Below, in pieces: positions 43,881 through 55,155 of a stretch of DNA of 64,000 bases. The stretch is from an uncultured Clostridia bacterium (GTDB lineage Bacteria > Bacillota > Clostridia > TANB77 > CAG-508). The DNA lies in assembly GCA_948934525.1 (NCBI GenBank), contig CAQZSK010000001.1:96453-160452 (forward strand), read 5' to 3'. The translations under genes and the position numbers were made by a program. The stretch's first letter is position 1. Each line of letters starts with the position of its first letter. Below the pieces are notes generated by a model. The model was not told where the DNA came from, searched no databases, and worked only from the letters and a program-made list of their open reading frames with translations.

Positions 43881-46061
43881 TCATTTTATATTACAAATTG
43901 CTCCACAATTTGGACAATTTTTTAACTGAAGATTTGTACTTTCATATTCACAATTTGAACATTTCATCTTCTTTACTTGAATACTGGTATATCCTATATC
44001 GTACTTTTCTATTAGTTCTGCTAACTTTTGTAAACTTTCCGACTCTTCTATTTCTTTTACTTCCATTTTTGCCCAGAATTTGTTTCCACCTTTGGTTAGT
44101 TTATGGTATGGACCTTCTATTTTTGCCCTTTCCTCTAAATTCCCTTCGTAATCATCTGGTAACGAATTTCCATTAGTATATGCTTTTTTATCTGTTACTC
44201 CAGATATTATTCCAAATTTACTTTGATCCTTTTTTAAAAGTCTTTTTTGTAATTTTGTATTAGATGTTGCTAACACATTATAATTCAAATTATATTTTTC
44301 TGAGAATTGCATTGCTATTTCTTCTAAATCTGTAATAATTTCTATTCCTAAATTTTGAGCTTCTTCATTTTCTCCATGATTATTTCCTGTTAATATAATT
44401 AAGCATTCTGCTAAACCTATATATCCAATGCTTAACGTTCCATGTTTTAAAATTGTAGCTACTTTGTCAAATGATTGCAAATTTTCACTTTCTTTCCACA
44501 GTCCTGACATAAGTAGAGGAAACTGCTTGGCGATTGCTGTGCATTGAAAAGAATATCTATCGTATAGCTGTTTTCCTGCTATTTCTGCATATTGTTCTAA
44601 CTTTTGCATAAAAATCTTTTTTACTGTTTTTTTATAAGAGGCTGTCATCTTTTTATCTGAACCTATTCCTAATTCAAAAGAAATTCCTAGTTTTTCTTGT
44701 GCTTCATTTGCCGATTTTATTGCAATTTTAGGTAAATTAATGGTTGTACTTGATAAATTTCCTCTTCCTACTGTTGTTTTTTCACCATATCTATCCTCAA
44801 ATACCCTCGTTCTGCCTCTCATCACAGCGCATTCATATTGATAACGATAATTGTCTTTTTCTTGCCATTTTTCATTTTGATTAAATGTTGCATCTAAATT
44901 TAAAAAGTTTGGCATACATCGCTTACTTGCTACTTTGCAAGCTAACTGATATAAATCATAATTCTTATCTTCTGGCAAATAATTAATTCCTCTTTTTTTC
45001 TTCCAAATTTGTGTTGGATAAGTTGGAGTTTCATTATTTCCAATTCCTTGTTCTGTAGAAAGTAATAATTCTCGGATAATGCATCTTCCTTCTGGAGAAG
45101 TATCTGTTCCATAATTGATGCTACTATCTACTACTTGATTACCTCCTTTTGAACGAATCGTATTCATATTATGAATAAAGCCTTCTATTGCTTGATGTAC
45201 ACGAAATACTGTACTATTAATAGCAGCTTGTAAATCTCTACTACTTCCTGTTAATGCATTTAAATCTTTTGAAACATATTCTTCTGGTTGATATTCTGAT
45301 AAGTTTGATAAATCTTTTCCTAATAGACTAGCAATTTTTTCTACTTCTTCTTGAAAGGTCATTTTTACATAAGGTGCCAAATAATAATCAAATGCAGGTA
45401 TTGCTTGTCCTCCATGCATTTCATTTTGTACAATTCCCATTGTAATGAAAGCCAGTGCACTTGCTGCTTCAATTCTCTGTGCTGGTCTTGAACTACTGAT
45501 TCCTATATTAAATCCATTTTCTAATATTTTATTTAAGGGATGTTGCAGACAAGTTAACGATTTAGTAGGATAATAGTCTTCATTATGAACATAAATATAA
45601 CCATTTTTTACCGACTCCCTAGCTTCACGGGATAATAAAAAATCTTCTACAAATGGTTTGGTTGTTTCTGATGCAAATTTCATCATCATTCCAGTAGGAG
45701 TATCTGTATTTCTATCAATACCTTCTTTTCCACCTTCATTGGCTTTTGCACTAATAATATCTAAAAATACTTCTTTTGTTTTGGATTTTCTTGCTATATC
45801 TCGATTATATCGATATGTAATATAGCTTTGAGCTACCTCTTTTCTAGCAGATGCCATTAATTTCTTTTCTACGGCATCTTGTATTTCATATACTGTAGTT
45901 TGTCCTTTATCTTCAAATTGTTTTTGTACTGCCAATGCTATTTTATTCGCTAAATCTAGGTCAATTCCTTCTGGTGTTTGTGCCATAGCTAATGTAACTG
46001 CTTTAATAATTCTTTCTATATTAAATTCAACAACTCTTCCATCTCTTTTTATTACTTGCAA
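43881..46061 (-). CDS. nrdD: Anaerobic ribonucleoside-triphosphate reductase (class III)
   Basis: 726 aa. N-terminal ATP-cone (VIKRDGRVVEFNIERI). C-terminal Zn ribbon CSNCEYES...CPNCGA. Confidence 0.85.
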   Translation of the reverse strand: MQVIKRDGRVVEFNIERIIKAVTLAMAQTPEGIDLDLANKIALAVQKQFEDKGQTTVYEIQDAVEKKLMASARKEVAQSYITYRYNRDIARKSKTKEVFLDIISAKANEGGKEGIDRNTDTPTGMMMKFASETTKPFVEDFLLSREARESVKNGYIYVHNEDYYPTKSLTCLQHPLNKILENGFNIGISSSRPAQRIEAASALAFITMGIVQNEMHGGQAIPAFDYYLAPYVKMTFQEEVEKIASLLGKDLSNLSEYQPEEYVSKDLNALTGSSRDLQAAINSTVFRVHQAIEGFIHNMNTIRSKGGNQVVDSSINYGTDTSPEGRCIIRELLLSTEQGIGNNETPTYPTQIWKKKRGINYLPEDKNYDLYQLACKVASKRCMPNFLNLDATFNQNEKWQEKDNYRYQYECAVMRGRTRVFEDRYGEKTTVGRGNLSSTTINLPKIAIKSANEAQEKLGISFELGIGSDKKMTASYKKTVKKIFMQKLEQYAEIAGKQLYDRYSFQCTAIAKQFPLLMSGLWKESENLQSFDKVATILKHGTLSIGYIGLAECLIILTGNNHGENEEAQNLGIEIITDLEEIAMQFSEKYNLNYNVLATSNTKLQKRLLKKDQSKFGIISGVTDKKAYTNGNSLPDDYEGNLEERAKIEGPYHKLTKGGNKFWAKMEVKEIEESESLQKLAELIEKYDIGYTSIQVKKMKCSNCEYESTNLQLKNCPNCGAICNIK

Positions 46062-46227
46062 ATTTCATTTCCCCTTACTTTTTAATTTCAGGTTTTTCTC
46101 TTTTTGATATTCTTATTATAGTTTTCTTTAGTTTAAATTGCAAGAAATTTAGTTGAAATTTTCAAGTACCTTAATTTTGTACAAAATTAAAATCCGCCTT
46201 ACTTGAAAGTGGATTTTAAAATAAAAA

Positions 46228-48046
46228 TTAAGGAAATTCTAATATACTTAAATTAAAATATAGCTCATTAGTTCTTTCTTTATCTTGTCATTGAGGTTTA
46301 AATTCTAATATATTTATATTAAAACTTACTTGGTAATGCAATAAGTGATATAGCACAAATCTTTAAATTCTAATATATTTACATTAAAACTCTATAAGGT
46401 AGACAAAGACAACCACAAAATTTCACTCTTTAAATTCTAATATATTTACATTAAAACGTTAACAATAGTATTATAATCATAAATAACGAATAACTTTAAA
46501 TTCTAATATATTTACATTAAAACATAAAGCTGATGAATATATGAATAATATTAACAACTTTAAATTCTAATATATTTACATTAAAACTGAAAGAAATAGC
46601 AAAAATTGGAACTCTTACATTCTTTAAATTCTAATATATTTACATTAAAACAAAAATTATGAAAAAAGCTAATGGAATAACTTTGCGCCCTTAAAATTCT
46701 AATATATTTACATTAAAACCCTGTCAAATATGGGTCAAACCATCTACCACCAGCATTCTTAAAATTCTAATATATTTACATTAAAACTATTCACCAGATG
46801 TAAGGGATGAAGCATTTTGGAGCTTAAAATTCTAATATATTTACATTAAAACACTTAAATCTTGCACTATCTGATACCCCTTTATAATCTTAAAATTCTA
46901 ATATATTTACATTAAAACTTTACTAGATGGCTTACCACGTTATCAAGATATTTTAACTTAAAATTCTAATATATTTACATTAAAACCTACACAAGTATTA
47001 CTTAAACACCATTTATCAACCTTAAAATTCTAATATATTTACATTAAAACAAAAGAAGTAAAATATGACAATTTATCCGATATGTTTGACTTAAAATTCT
47101 AATATATTTACATTAAAACGTCTTCAAAGATTTTACTTGCTTTTTTGTCTTCTTCCTTAAAATTCTAATATATTTACATTAAAACGCTCTTATAGTTCTA
47201 GTCTATCTGTTCGAGTTGGAAACTTAAAATTCTAATATATTTACATTAAAACCTATACTCTTCAATATTATAAATTTTTGTTTTATTTTTCTTAAAATTC
47301 TAATATATTTACATTAAAACAAAATTTAGTGATGGAACATTAATTTGTCGTAAAAACTTAAAATTCTAATATATTTACATTAAAACACTGTCAAAAATAG
47401 ACATAAGAATCATACCTTCTTCCTTAAAATTCTAATATATTTACATTAAAACGGCTCTAGCCTTCAAATAAATTCCGATACACCTCACTTAAAATTCTAA
47501 TATATTTACATTAAAACGACCAGCCTTTTCTAAAAGCTAAGAAACCAACAACAGCCTTAAAATTCTAATATATTTACATTAAAACAATTGGGAATTATCA
47601 TTTTTTCTCCTTTTATATTGAACTTAAAATTCTAATATATTTACATTAAAACTTAAATCATTTCTAATAATGAAGATAATATCTTCCTTAAAATTCTAAT
47701 ATATTTACATTAAAACGAAAATATTGTAGAACATTATTGGATGCGTGAAATCTTAAAATTCTAATATATTTACATTAAAACTGCCAGACAAGTTAAAAGA
47801 TAAATTGAATAACAATACTTAAAATTCTAATATATTTACATTAAAACTGCATCACCTAATAATTCTAAAGTTGCTATAGTAACCTTAAAATTCTAATATA
47901 TTTACATTAAAACGGTGTTGGGTCAAATTTTCCATCAATATAATCTCCGCTTAAAATTCTAATATATTTACATTAAAACAGTTCTTCCAGAATGTGCAAA
48001 AGTTGATGAGGATAATCTTAAAATTCTAATATATTTACATTAAAAC
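46228..48046 (-). CRISPR. CRISPR array 1: about 28 repeats of 30 nt. Plus-strand unit CTT(A/T)AAATTCTAATATATTTACATTAAAAC. Spacers about 35-37 nt. Degenerate repeats lie at the low-coordinate end, so leader and transcription are inferred on the minus side (48047-48229).
   Basis: Regular 65-67 nt periodicity read directly. The first two repeats (46228, 46296) are degenerate. The last perfect repeat is 48017-48046. No cas gene in the window. Confidence 0.9.
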
Positions 48047-48229
48047 AGGTGCCTTCAAACACCTTGTATTTTCCAAATTATATCACTTATTTTCGTCGAT
48101 GTAACCAATTTTGCATATTTTTATTATCAAAATTTTATCATTTTTCTAAAAAGCTTGCAATAAGAGGTTTAAAAATTCGTCGACCTCCCAGTGTTTTTGC
48201 ACTATCATAGGTCGACGAACTATAATTTT

Positions 48230-49255
48230 TTATTTTACCTCTTTAATTGCCTTTTCTGCATAGCTATTATTTACTATTTTGTCATAGTCCCCTTCTTTTT
48301 CTAATTCTCCTGCTTCTTTCATAACAGTTTGAAGTAAGTCAAAAGATTCTTTTTTCAAAATAGGGTCACTTTTCCAAGCGTCAATGTCCATATAACTTTG
48401 AACAGCTGCTTCAAGCATTTTTACATCTGTATCTGGGAAAAATTCTTTAATTGCTTCTACAATTTCTGCTGCCGTATGTTCTTTTACCCATTTTTCTCCT
48501 TTATAAATTGCATTTGTAAATCCTTGGATAACATCTGAGTTTTGTTCCATATAACTTTTCTTAGCGAAATATGCTGTATATGGTATTTCTCCTGATGCTT
48601 CTCCTACTGATGCTACTACATATCCTTTTCCTGCCGCTTCTGTCATAGAAGCTGTTGGCTCAAATAAAGTTACATATTCAGCATCTCCACCAGCAAAAGC
48701 TCCTGCCATTAAGTCGAATTTAATACTATCATCTAACACTAAATCCTTTTGTGGATTTAATCCATTTTTCTTAAGTACATATTCAAAAGTCATATAAGGA
48801 ACTCCACCCTTTCTACCTGAGATAACAGTTTTTCCTTTTAAATCTTGCCAACTAAATTTGTCTGTCTTTTCCTTACTAACTAAGAAAGAACCATCTTTTT
48901 GTGTCATTTGTGCAAATACTTGTGTATGATCTTCTTTTCCTTCGTTATATACATATATTGAAGCCTCTGGTCCAGCAAATCCAATATCGCTTTGACCTGA
49001 TAACACTGCTGTCATTACTTTATCTGCTCCCTGACCAGTTGTTAATTCTATATCCAATCCTTCTTCTGCAAAGTAACCATTTTTAATTGCCACATATTGT
49101 GGTGCATAAAACACGGAACGTGTTACTTCATTGACACGAATTGTTTTTAATTCTGCTGTGTCTTCTTTTTTATTTAGTAGTATGCAAGTTGTCATAACAG
49201 CTGCTACTACTGCAATAACTAAAATAATAATAAGATATTTTTTCAAGTTTTTCAT
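48230..49255 (-). CDS. ABC transporter substrate-binding lipoprotein, NMT1/SsuA/TauA family (sulfonate/nitrate/HMP-type)
   Basis: 341 aa. N-terminal lipoprotein-like signal with Cys. NMT1-family fold signature. Confidence 0.7.
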   Translation of the reverse strand: MKNLKKYLIIILVIAVVAAVMTTCILLNKKEDTAELKTIRVNEVTRSVFYAPQYVAIKNGYFAEEGLDIELTTGQGADKVMTAVLSGQSDIGFAGPEASIYVYNEGKEDHTQVFAQMTQKDGSFLVSKEKTDKFSWQDLKGKTVISGRKGGVPYMTFEYVLKKNGLNPQKDLVLDDSIKFDLMAGAFAGGDAEYVTLFEPTASMTEAAGKGYVVASVGEASGEIPYTAYFAKKSYMEQNSDVIQGFTNAIYKGEKWVKEHTAAEIVEAIKEFFPDTDVKMLEAAVQSYMDIDAWKSDPILKKESFDLLQTVMKEAGELEKEGDYDKIVNNSYAEKAIKEVK

Positions 49256-50070
49256 CCTTTCTTTGACATTTTCTTCATCACAAATTTTTCTAGAAGTATA
49301 ATTGCTTCATAAATAACGGCAGCCATGATAGCTAGAATAATGACACCTGTCATAACTAAATCTAGTTGGAATACCTGCCCACCATAGACAATTAAATATC
49401 CCAAACCTGCTTTAGATACAAGAAATTCTCCTGTTATTACGCCTACTAATGATAGACCAATATTAACTTTTAATGAGTTAAAAAAAGTGGTAATATTAGC
49501 AGGTATAACAACTTTGGTTAAAGTTTGGAGTTTACTTGCTCCAAAAGTCTGTGCCATTTTGATTAATTCTTTGTCTGTATTTAAAAAGCCATTTAAAATT
49601 TCCAATACAGTTACAATTAAAGAAATTGCAAGCCCCATTGTAACAATAGCTCCCATTCCTGCTCCTACCCAGATAATAATAACTGGGCCAAGTGCTACTT
49701 TTGGTAAGCTATTTAATACTACTAAATATGGTTCTGACACCTTTGATAGAAAAGGGGACCACCATAAACAAATGGCAATAGCAATTCCTAATAGAACACC
49801 AGAAATGAAACCAATTAAGGTTTCGGTTAAAGTTACTCCTAAATGTTCTAATAATCCATTGGATGATAAATTTAAAAATGTGTTTAAAATTCTAGAAGGT
49901 TGACTTGTGATGAAACTGTCGATTATTCCTTGATTTGCAAGGATTTCCCACCCTATTATAAATAAGAGTAGAATGAGTAATTGTGTAACAATTACTGCTA
50001 TTTTTTCTTTTTTTACTTTTCTTAAGTATTTTTTTCTATCCTCTGATATGTTTTTTTCACGCATGTACAT
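49252..50070 (-). CDS. ABC transporter permease (BPD_transp_1)
   Basis: 272 aa with six TM helices and an EAA-like loop. Translationally coupled to its neighbours. Confidence 0.75.
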   Translation of the reverse strand: MYMREKNISEDRKKYLRKVKKEKIAVIVTQLLILLLFIIGWEILANQGIIDSFITSQPSRILNTFLNLSSNGLLEHLGVTLTETLIGFISGVLLGIAIAICLWWSPFLSKVSEPYLVVLNSLPKVALGPVIIIWVGAGMGAIVTMGLAISLIVTVLEILNGFLNTDKELIKMAQTFGASKLQTLTKVVIPANITTFFNSLKVNIGLSLVGVITGEFLVSKAGLGYLIVYGGQVFQLDLVMTGVIILAIMAAVIYEAIILLEKFVMKKMSKKG

Positions 50071-50800
50071 CTAGCTCCTTCCATATTGTGTCAAAGTATT
50101 TGCTAAATTTAGGGCTTTCTCTACAGTTGATAGGATTTCTATTATCCATTTCAAATTCAATATTGTGTATATTTTTGACTGTTGCTGGTCTTTTCGATAG
50201 CACTATTACTCTATCTGACATACTAATTGCTTCTGATATGTCATGTGTTACTATGACAGCTGTTATATTTTCATTTTTCAATATTTGAAAGATATCATTG
50301 GTAACCATAATTCTAGTTTGATAATCTAATGCGGAAAAGGCTTCGTCTAATAATAGTATATTCGGCTTAATAGCAAGTGTTCTAATGAGTGCCGCTCTTT
50401 GCCTCATTCCTCCTGAAAGCTGAGTTGGATATTTATCTTTGAATTCATAAAGTCCATATTTTTTTAGTAAGTCTAATACATATGCTTCATTCTCCTTTGT
50501 TTTTTTATGACCTATTTCTAAGCCAAATAAAACATTATCATAAATGCTTCTCCATTCTAATAAACTGTCTTTTTGAAGCATATATCCTGTATTTCCATCT
50601 ATTTGGATATCCCCTTCTGTTTTTGGTTCTAATCCTGCAATAATGGAAAGTAGTGTTGATTTTCCACATCCACTTGGACCTATAATGCTGACAAATTCCC
50701 CTTCTTTGACAGAGAAGTTAATGTTAGATAAAGCTTCTACTTCTCCATTTTTCGCTTGGTACCTTTTGCTTACTTTCTTTAGTTTTAATACTTCTTTCAT
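50057..50800 (-). CDS. ABC transporter ATP-binding protein
   Basis: Walker A GPSGCGKST. ABC signature LSGGMRQR. Walker B ILLLDEAFSALD. Confidence 0.85.
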   Translation of the reverse strand: MKEVLKLKKVSKRYQAKNGEVEALSNINFSVKEGEFVSIIGPSGCGKSTLLSIIAGLEPKTEGDIQIDGNTGYMLQKDSLLEWRSIYDNVLFGLEIGHKKTKENEAYVLDLLKKYGLYEFKDKYPTQLSGGMRQRAALIRTLAIKPNILLLDEAFSALDYQTRIMVTNDIFQILKNENITAVIVTHDISEAISMSDRVIVLSKRPATVKNIHNIEFEMDNRNPINCRESPKFSKYFDTIWKELDVHA

Positions 50801-50902
50801 AAGTACCTCCTAGTTTTAAATTCATCATATTGTATTTTATGAGAGTAGACATAATTTTGTGTCAAATAGGTTAAATAGTTTTTAGATACTAAAAATATGC
50901 AC

Positions 50903-50936
50903 AAAAAAATCCCACCTTGACGTTTGTCTTGGTGGG
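50903..50936 (-). terminator. Rho-independent terminator (cccacc...ggtggg stem plus T8 on the minus strand)
   Basis: Read on the minus strand: cccaccaagacaaacgtcaaggtggg followed by attttttt. Downstream of the 842-aa gene. Confidence 0.6.
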
Positions 50937-51247
50937 TGCTACTTTTTATTGTAGTAGCTTGATTGAGGTTAAACTGCTTCTGCTTTGAGCAGTTGTATCT
51001 CTGATAGACTTAATGCTTTATACACTACTTTCTTTGACATTTCTCTCTCAATCAGTTCGACTCCTGTTTGATTGGTTACAAGATAGTTGGTACTAATGAT
51101 TGCATTGTTATAACCCCGATTACCAAATAAGTCCTCAAAGAAGAAATATACAATGTAAGTAAATTTCATTCCCTAACCTCCTAATTTTTTTCTTGCCTTT
51201 GGCAAGTTAACATTTCTATTATACTACATTCTTATAATTTTTGCAAA

Positions 51248-53776
51248 TTACCCTATCTCTAACTCTTCCTCTTCTCTTTCTACCTTATTTCCTGCTACTA
51301 GGAATATCTTAGACTCTTGTAGCTTTCTTTTTAATCTAACTACTTCGACCTCTAGCAATCCTACTCTTTGGGCAATGCTCGTTGTATCTTTAATACCTTC
51401 TTGGAGCATATCTATTGCAGTTCTTTTTCTTATAGCATATACAATATTTTCTCGTAAATGTATTAACTTTGTTCTCTCTTCTGGTAATATACCTTCATTG
51501 TCTATATTTTCCATTATAAAATAAATTGCTGTTTTGTACACATTTAACTTTACACATATTCTGCAGAATAGTTCTATTTCTTCATAATTGCATTGAACAA
51601 AAATCATGCATTCCTTTAGAAAGTTTAAATCTTCTCCTGAAAATTCTCCTTTTTCAAAACTCTTTTTACATTCTATAATATATGCTCTTACCTCTTTTAT
51701 ACTTTTATCATCAAATTCATATTCTTCTAATACCCTTTCTGCCTTCTTCTTTATTTTTTCTCTTGTCTTCTGCTCTTCAACATTCTTCCTCTTTTCCCTT
51801 TTTTCCTCTCTTTTTCTTTGAATTTCCTGTGCTTTCTCTTTTTTGTATCTAGCTAACATTTCTCTTATTTCTTCCTCCGAAATTCCTAGTTCTTCTACTA
51901 TTTCTTCTGGCGATCTTTCTTGTTCTTTTAATCTTTTTACTTTTTCATATAACATATGAGATTCTTTTAATTCTCCTAATTTTATAAGATTTCTTATATT
52001 TATTTGCAAAAAAGTAATGGTTACTCCCATTTGTGAAGCTATATCAATCGCCGACATTTCTTCTGCTAAATACCTTTTTAGTTCTTTTACTTCTTCAGTA
52101 CTAAATTTACTTCTTGCACAAGCCATAGTTGTCTCATATTTTTTACCTCTTAAGTTGCTTAAACTTCCTCCACTAATTCCTAGAACTTCTCTTGAAAACA
52201 TTAACAATGGCATAATCCCACCATATGTATTATATAAATTATCAATTTCCTCAAGTGATAGCTTTCTTGGATTCTGTAAATCGTGTTCTAATACAATTTT
52301 CTTTTTTATTCTCTCTATCTCAGATTCTGATATTTCTAAGTCAAATAATGCAAATGCTTCTTTTCCTTTATTATTCTTTATTCTATAAAAACTTTGCTCA
52401 TCTAAACATAGTACCTTAGTAGCAAATATTTTAATAGGAAGGATACCACCATATAATTTATGTAATCTTTCAAGTTCTGCATAATTTAATTTATCATTTA
52501 TATGCATTCCTGTTTCTAATATTACTTTCTTCTGAATTTCTTTCATTTCTTCAATAGTAGGCAATCTTAAATGTATACAAGCATACGTGCCACGGTATTT
52601 CATTGCTTGAAAAGCAGCATTACTAATTCCAAAAATCTTTTCAGCAAATATGAATTCAGAAGTATTTGGGGCATATCTTTGATGTAACTTTTTAAATTGC
52701 TCATATTGTAACTTATCCATACAATGTAATCCATTTTCTTCTATTATTATTCCTCTAATTATGTCAAAATCAGTTCCTTTTCTAGAACTTAAAATAGATA
52801 CACTCTTATATATTTTTGATTTAAAATGGCTATAGCTTTCATCTGACATATCTAAAACTAATATAGCAAAACTTTTTCTTGATAAAGTTCCTCCATATTC
52901 TTCATATAATTTTTCAAATTCTTCATATCTTAGCAATTGTCCAGATTCCAATTTATATCTTCTAATCATTTCACTCTGAATGCTATCTATATATTTACTT
53001 GGAATATCCGCATTTTGGAATACTAAACCATTAATTGGATTTTCTGAATTTATTCTTTTTAAAGTGTTATATTGTATTATTGACATATCTATTACTTTTT
53101 GTGCAAAGAGTACTTCAGGCATTTCTGGACAATATTGCATATTTAATTCTTGTATTTGTGCATAAGATATATTGTCGCCTATGCGTAAGCCTGCTTCTAA
53201 TACTAATCTTTTTCTTATTTCATAAATATATTCTGGATTTAAAACATACATGGATACTTTCTTAGTTTTTTTGTGAAAGGCATTATACTCACCAGCTTTT
53301 ACTTCAAAATTAACTGGCTTATCTTTTATTTTACCTGTTCTTAGTACACTTATATCACTTACTGCCATCCCTAATATTTCTTCTACAAATAATTGCATAG
53401 ATAATCGGCCACCAAATTGATCGTATATATCTCTCAATTGGTCATAGGTTATTCTATCCTTATGTTTTAAATTATAACTCTTTATTACATTTTCTCTCAT
53501 AGTTTGAAATTCTTCATTTGATATATATTCATAAATTAATATAACTGCTTCTAAAGTCTTTCCTTTTTTAAGTTTATCATAGCTTGCTTCATTTATATCT
53601 AGAAAAAAACAAGTAAAGTCTTTTTCGATAAGATTTCCGCCATATTTACTATATAGCCTTTGAAAAACTTCTTTTGTTATCTTGTCATTAATATGTAGTT
53701 TTTCATTTTCTATCATTTGCCTTCTTTTTTCTAGGACTTCTTCTGACATAAACTTGCTTCTTACAGATAATTCCAT
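51248..53776 (-). CDS. Hypothetical 842-aa protein: seven tandem repeats of about 95 aa, then a C-terminal region with HTH-like segments and a coiled coil
   Basis: Repeats carry the recurring pattern ...L.Y.....LY..YGG.L....F...VL.........LK.GK. The C-terminus has HTH-like IASQMGVTITFLQINIRNL and IVEELGISEEEIREML. No catalytic motifs recognised. Confidence 0.5.
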   Translation of the reverse strand: MELSVRSKFMSEEVLEKRRQMIENEKLHINDKITKEVFQRLYSKYGGNLIEKDFTCFFLDINEASYDKLKKGKTLEAVILIYEYISNEEFQTMRENVIKSYNLKHKDRITYDQLRDIYDQFGGRLSMQLFVEEILGMAVSDISVLRTGKIKDKPVNFEVKAGEYNAFHKKTKKVSMYVLNPEYIYEIRKRLVLEAGLRIGDNISYAQIQELNMQYCPEMPEVLFAQKVIDMSIIQYNTLKRINSENPINGLVFQNADIPSKYIDSIQSEMIRRYKLESGQLLRYEEFEKLYEEYGGTLSRKSFAILVLDMSDESYSHFKSKIYKSVSILSSRKGTDFDIIRGIIIEENGLHCMDKLQYEQFKKLHQRYAPNTSEFIFAEKIFGISNAAFQAMKYRGTYACIHLRLPTIEEMKEIQKKVILETGMHINDKLNYAELERLHKLYGGILPIKIFATKVLCLDEQSFYRIKNNKGKEAFALFDLEISESEIERIKKKIVLEHDLQNPRKLSLEEIDNLYNTYGGIMPLLMFSREVLGISGGSLSNLRGKKYETTMACARSKFSTEEVKELKRYLAEEMSAIDIASQMGVTITFLQINIRNLIKLGELKESHMLYEKVKRLKEQERSPEEIVEELGISEEEIREMLARYKKEKAQEIQRKREEKREKRKNVEEQKTREKIKKKAERVLEEYEFDDKSIKEVRAYIIECKKSFEKGEFSGEDLNFLKECMIFVQCNYEEIELFCRICVKLNVYKTAIYFIMENIDNEGILPEERTKLIHLRENIVYAIRKRTAIDMLQEGIKDTTSIAQRVGLLEVEVVRLKRKLQESKIFLVAGNKVEREEEELEIG

Positions 53777-53857
53777 ATTATTACCCCTTTTATTTTTACT
53801 TTTCTGTACGCATATAGTTTCATTATACCATATTATGTTAATTTCATCAAGTTTGTA

Positions 53858-55099
53858 CTATCTAATTCTAAATACTTGCCCTGAATAAATACGGTTTGGG
53901 TTCTGAATATGATTAATTCTTATTATATTTGCGATACTAGTATTAAACCTTCTAGCAATACTCCATAGAGTATCTCCTCTTTTAACAGTATAAAGTCTAT
54001 GACCACAATCTCCATAACAATTACTTCGTACTTGCAGTTTTTGTCCAGGATAAATTAAATGAATATTTTGGATATTATTATCTTTTGCTATTTGACTAAC
54101 AGTAGTTCCATATCTTTGTGCAATGTGAGATAAAGTATCTCCTTTTTGTACAGTATATATTTCTATATTTCCAGAACCTTCCCCTGTATTTTTTACTGGT
54201 ACAATTAAAGTATTGCCTGCATAAATAAGATTTGGATTTGCAATATTATTTAACTTAACTAATTCTGATACTGTCGTATTGTATTTTACTGCTAATTCAG
54301 ATAAGGTATCTCCCCACTTAATAGTGATTTTTTTCGTTTTTTCTGGTGTTGGTTCATTTCCTCCTCCTTCATCTGGTGGATCTACTGGTGGAATAGTAGA
54401 AGAATCATCTAAAAATACTTCTTTCGTAAATTTATCTCTATCTACATATCCCTTAATTCCATTGATTCTTCCATTGTCTGCATATTGCCAACCTGCCCAA
54501 CTTTTCCAAGTTCCGTTATTAGTTGGACGTTCTGCTTCATATTCTGCTACCCATAGAGGATATTTTGTATTTTCTCCAGACCATATATTACTTGCTGTAT
54601 AGGCATTACTGTATAAAATGGCTTGTTTTCCACTTAGTCTTTCTACTTCTCTTAAAAAGGTTAGTCCTATTCGATTAATTTCTGCTTTGTTTAAATTCCC
54701 AAATGTTTCAAAATCCATTGCTAATTTGCAGTCTATGTCTTTTCCTGAAGCACGTGCTACGAAGAATTTTGCCTCTCTTTTGGCTGCTTCTTCTGTTCTT
54801 GCAGTTACATAATGATATAACCCAACCTTTAAACCATTTTCTTTTGCTTTTTGGTAATTTCTTTCCAAATATGGATCTATGTAATATGTTCCTTCACTTG
54901 CCTTAATATATACTACTTGAATACCATCTTCTTTTACTTTTTTGAAATCAATTTCACCTTGATAATTGCTGACATCTATTCCTTCATAGATTACATCATC
55001 AGATGGTCCAAATGCTTGAGATGTCGTTGGTAACACATAGAACAAAAAACTGAAACATACCAAAAGAATAAATATTAATTTTATTTTTCTTTGTACCAT
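53858..55099 (-). CDS. Secreted GH25 lysozyme (muramidase) with three C-terminal LysM repeats
   Basis: Signal peptide. GH25 segment ([29 protein letters not shown]...). Three LysM modules ([13 protein letters not shown]..., [13 protein letters not shown]..., [13 protein letters not shown]...). Confidence 0.8.
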   Translation of the reverse strand: MVQRKIKLIFILLVCFSFLFYVLPTTSQAFGPSDDVIYEGIDVSNYQGEIDFKKVKEDGIQVVYIKASEGTYYIDPYLERNYQKAKENGLKVGLYHYVTARTEEAAKREAKFFVARASGKDIDCKLAMDFETFGNLNKAEINRIGLTFLREVERLSGKQAILYSNAYTASNIWSGENTKYPLWVAEYEAERPTNNGTWKSWAGWQYADNGRINGIKGYVDRDKFTKEVFLDDSSTIPPVDPPDEGGGNEPTPEKTKKITIKWGDTLSELAVKYNTTVSELVKLNNIANPNLIYAGNTLIVPVKNTGEGSGNIEIYTVQKGDTLSHIAQRYGTTVSQIAKDNNIQNIHLIYPGQKLQVRSNCYGDCGHRLYTVKRGDTLWSIARRFNTSIANIIRINHIQNPNRIYSGQVFRIR

Positions 55100-55155
55100 A
55101 AAAAAGCTCCTTTCATAAGTTTTATATATCTTATGAGAGAAGCTTTTTTATGTGA

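Noticed and set aside
50969-51169. 66-aa ORF 50969..51169 (minus strand)
   Set aside because: It has no RBS and no similarity to any family I recognise, and it lies between a gene end and a terminator. It is probably non-coding.
51248-53776. The 842-aa repeat protein as a single-effector Cas (Cas12/Cas13-like) serving the orphan arrays
   Set aside because: No RuvC, HNH or HEPN R-x4-H motifs were seen. The protein is too small and too repetitive. It is kept only as an unclassified CRISPR-adjacent candidate.
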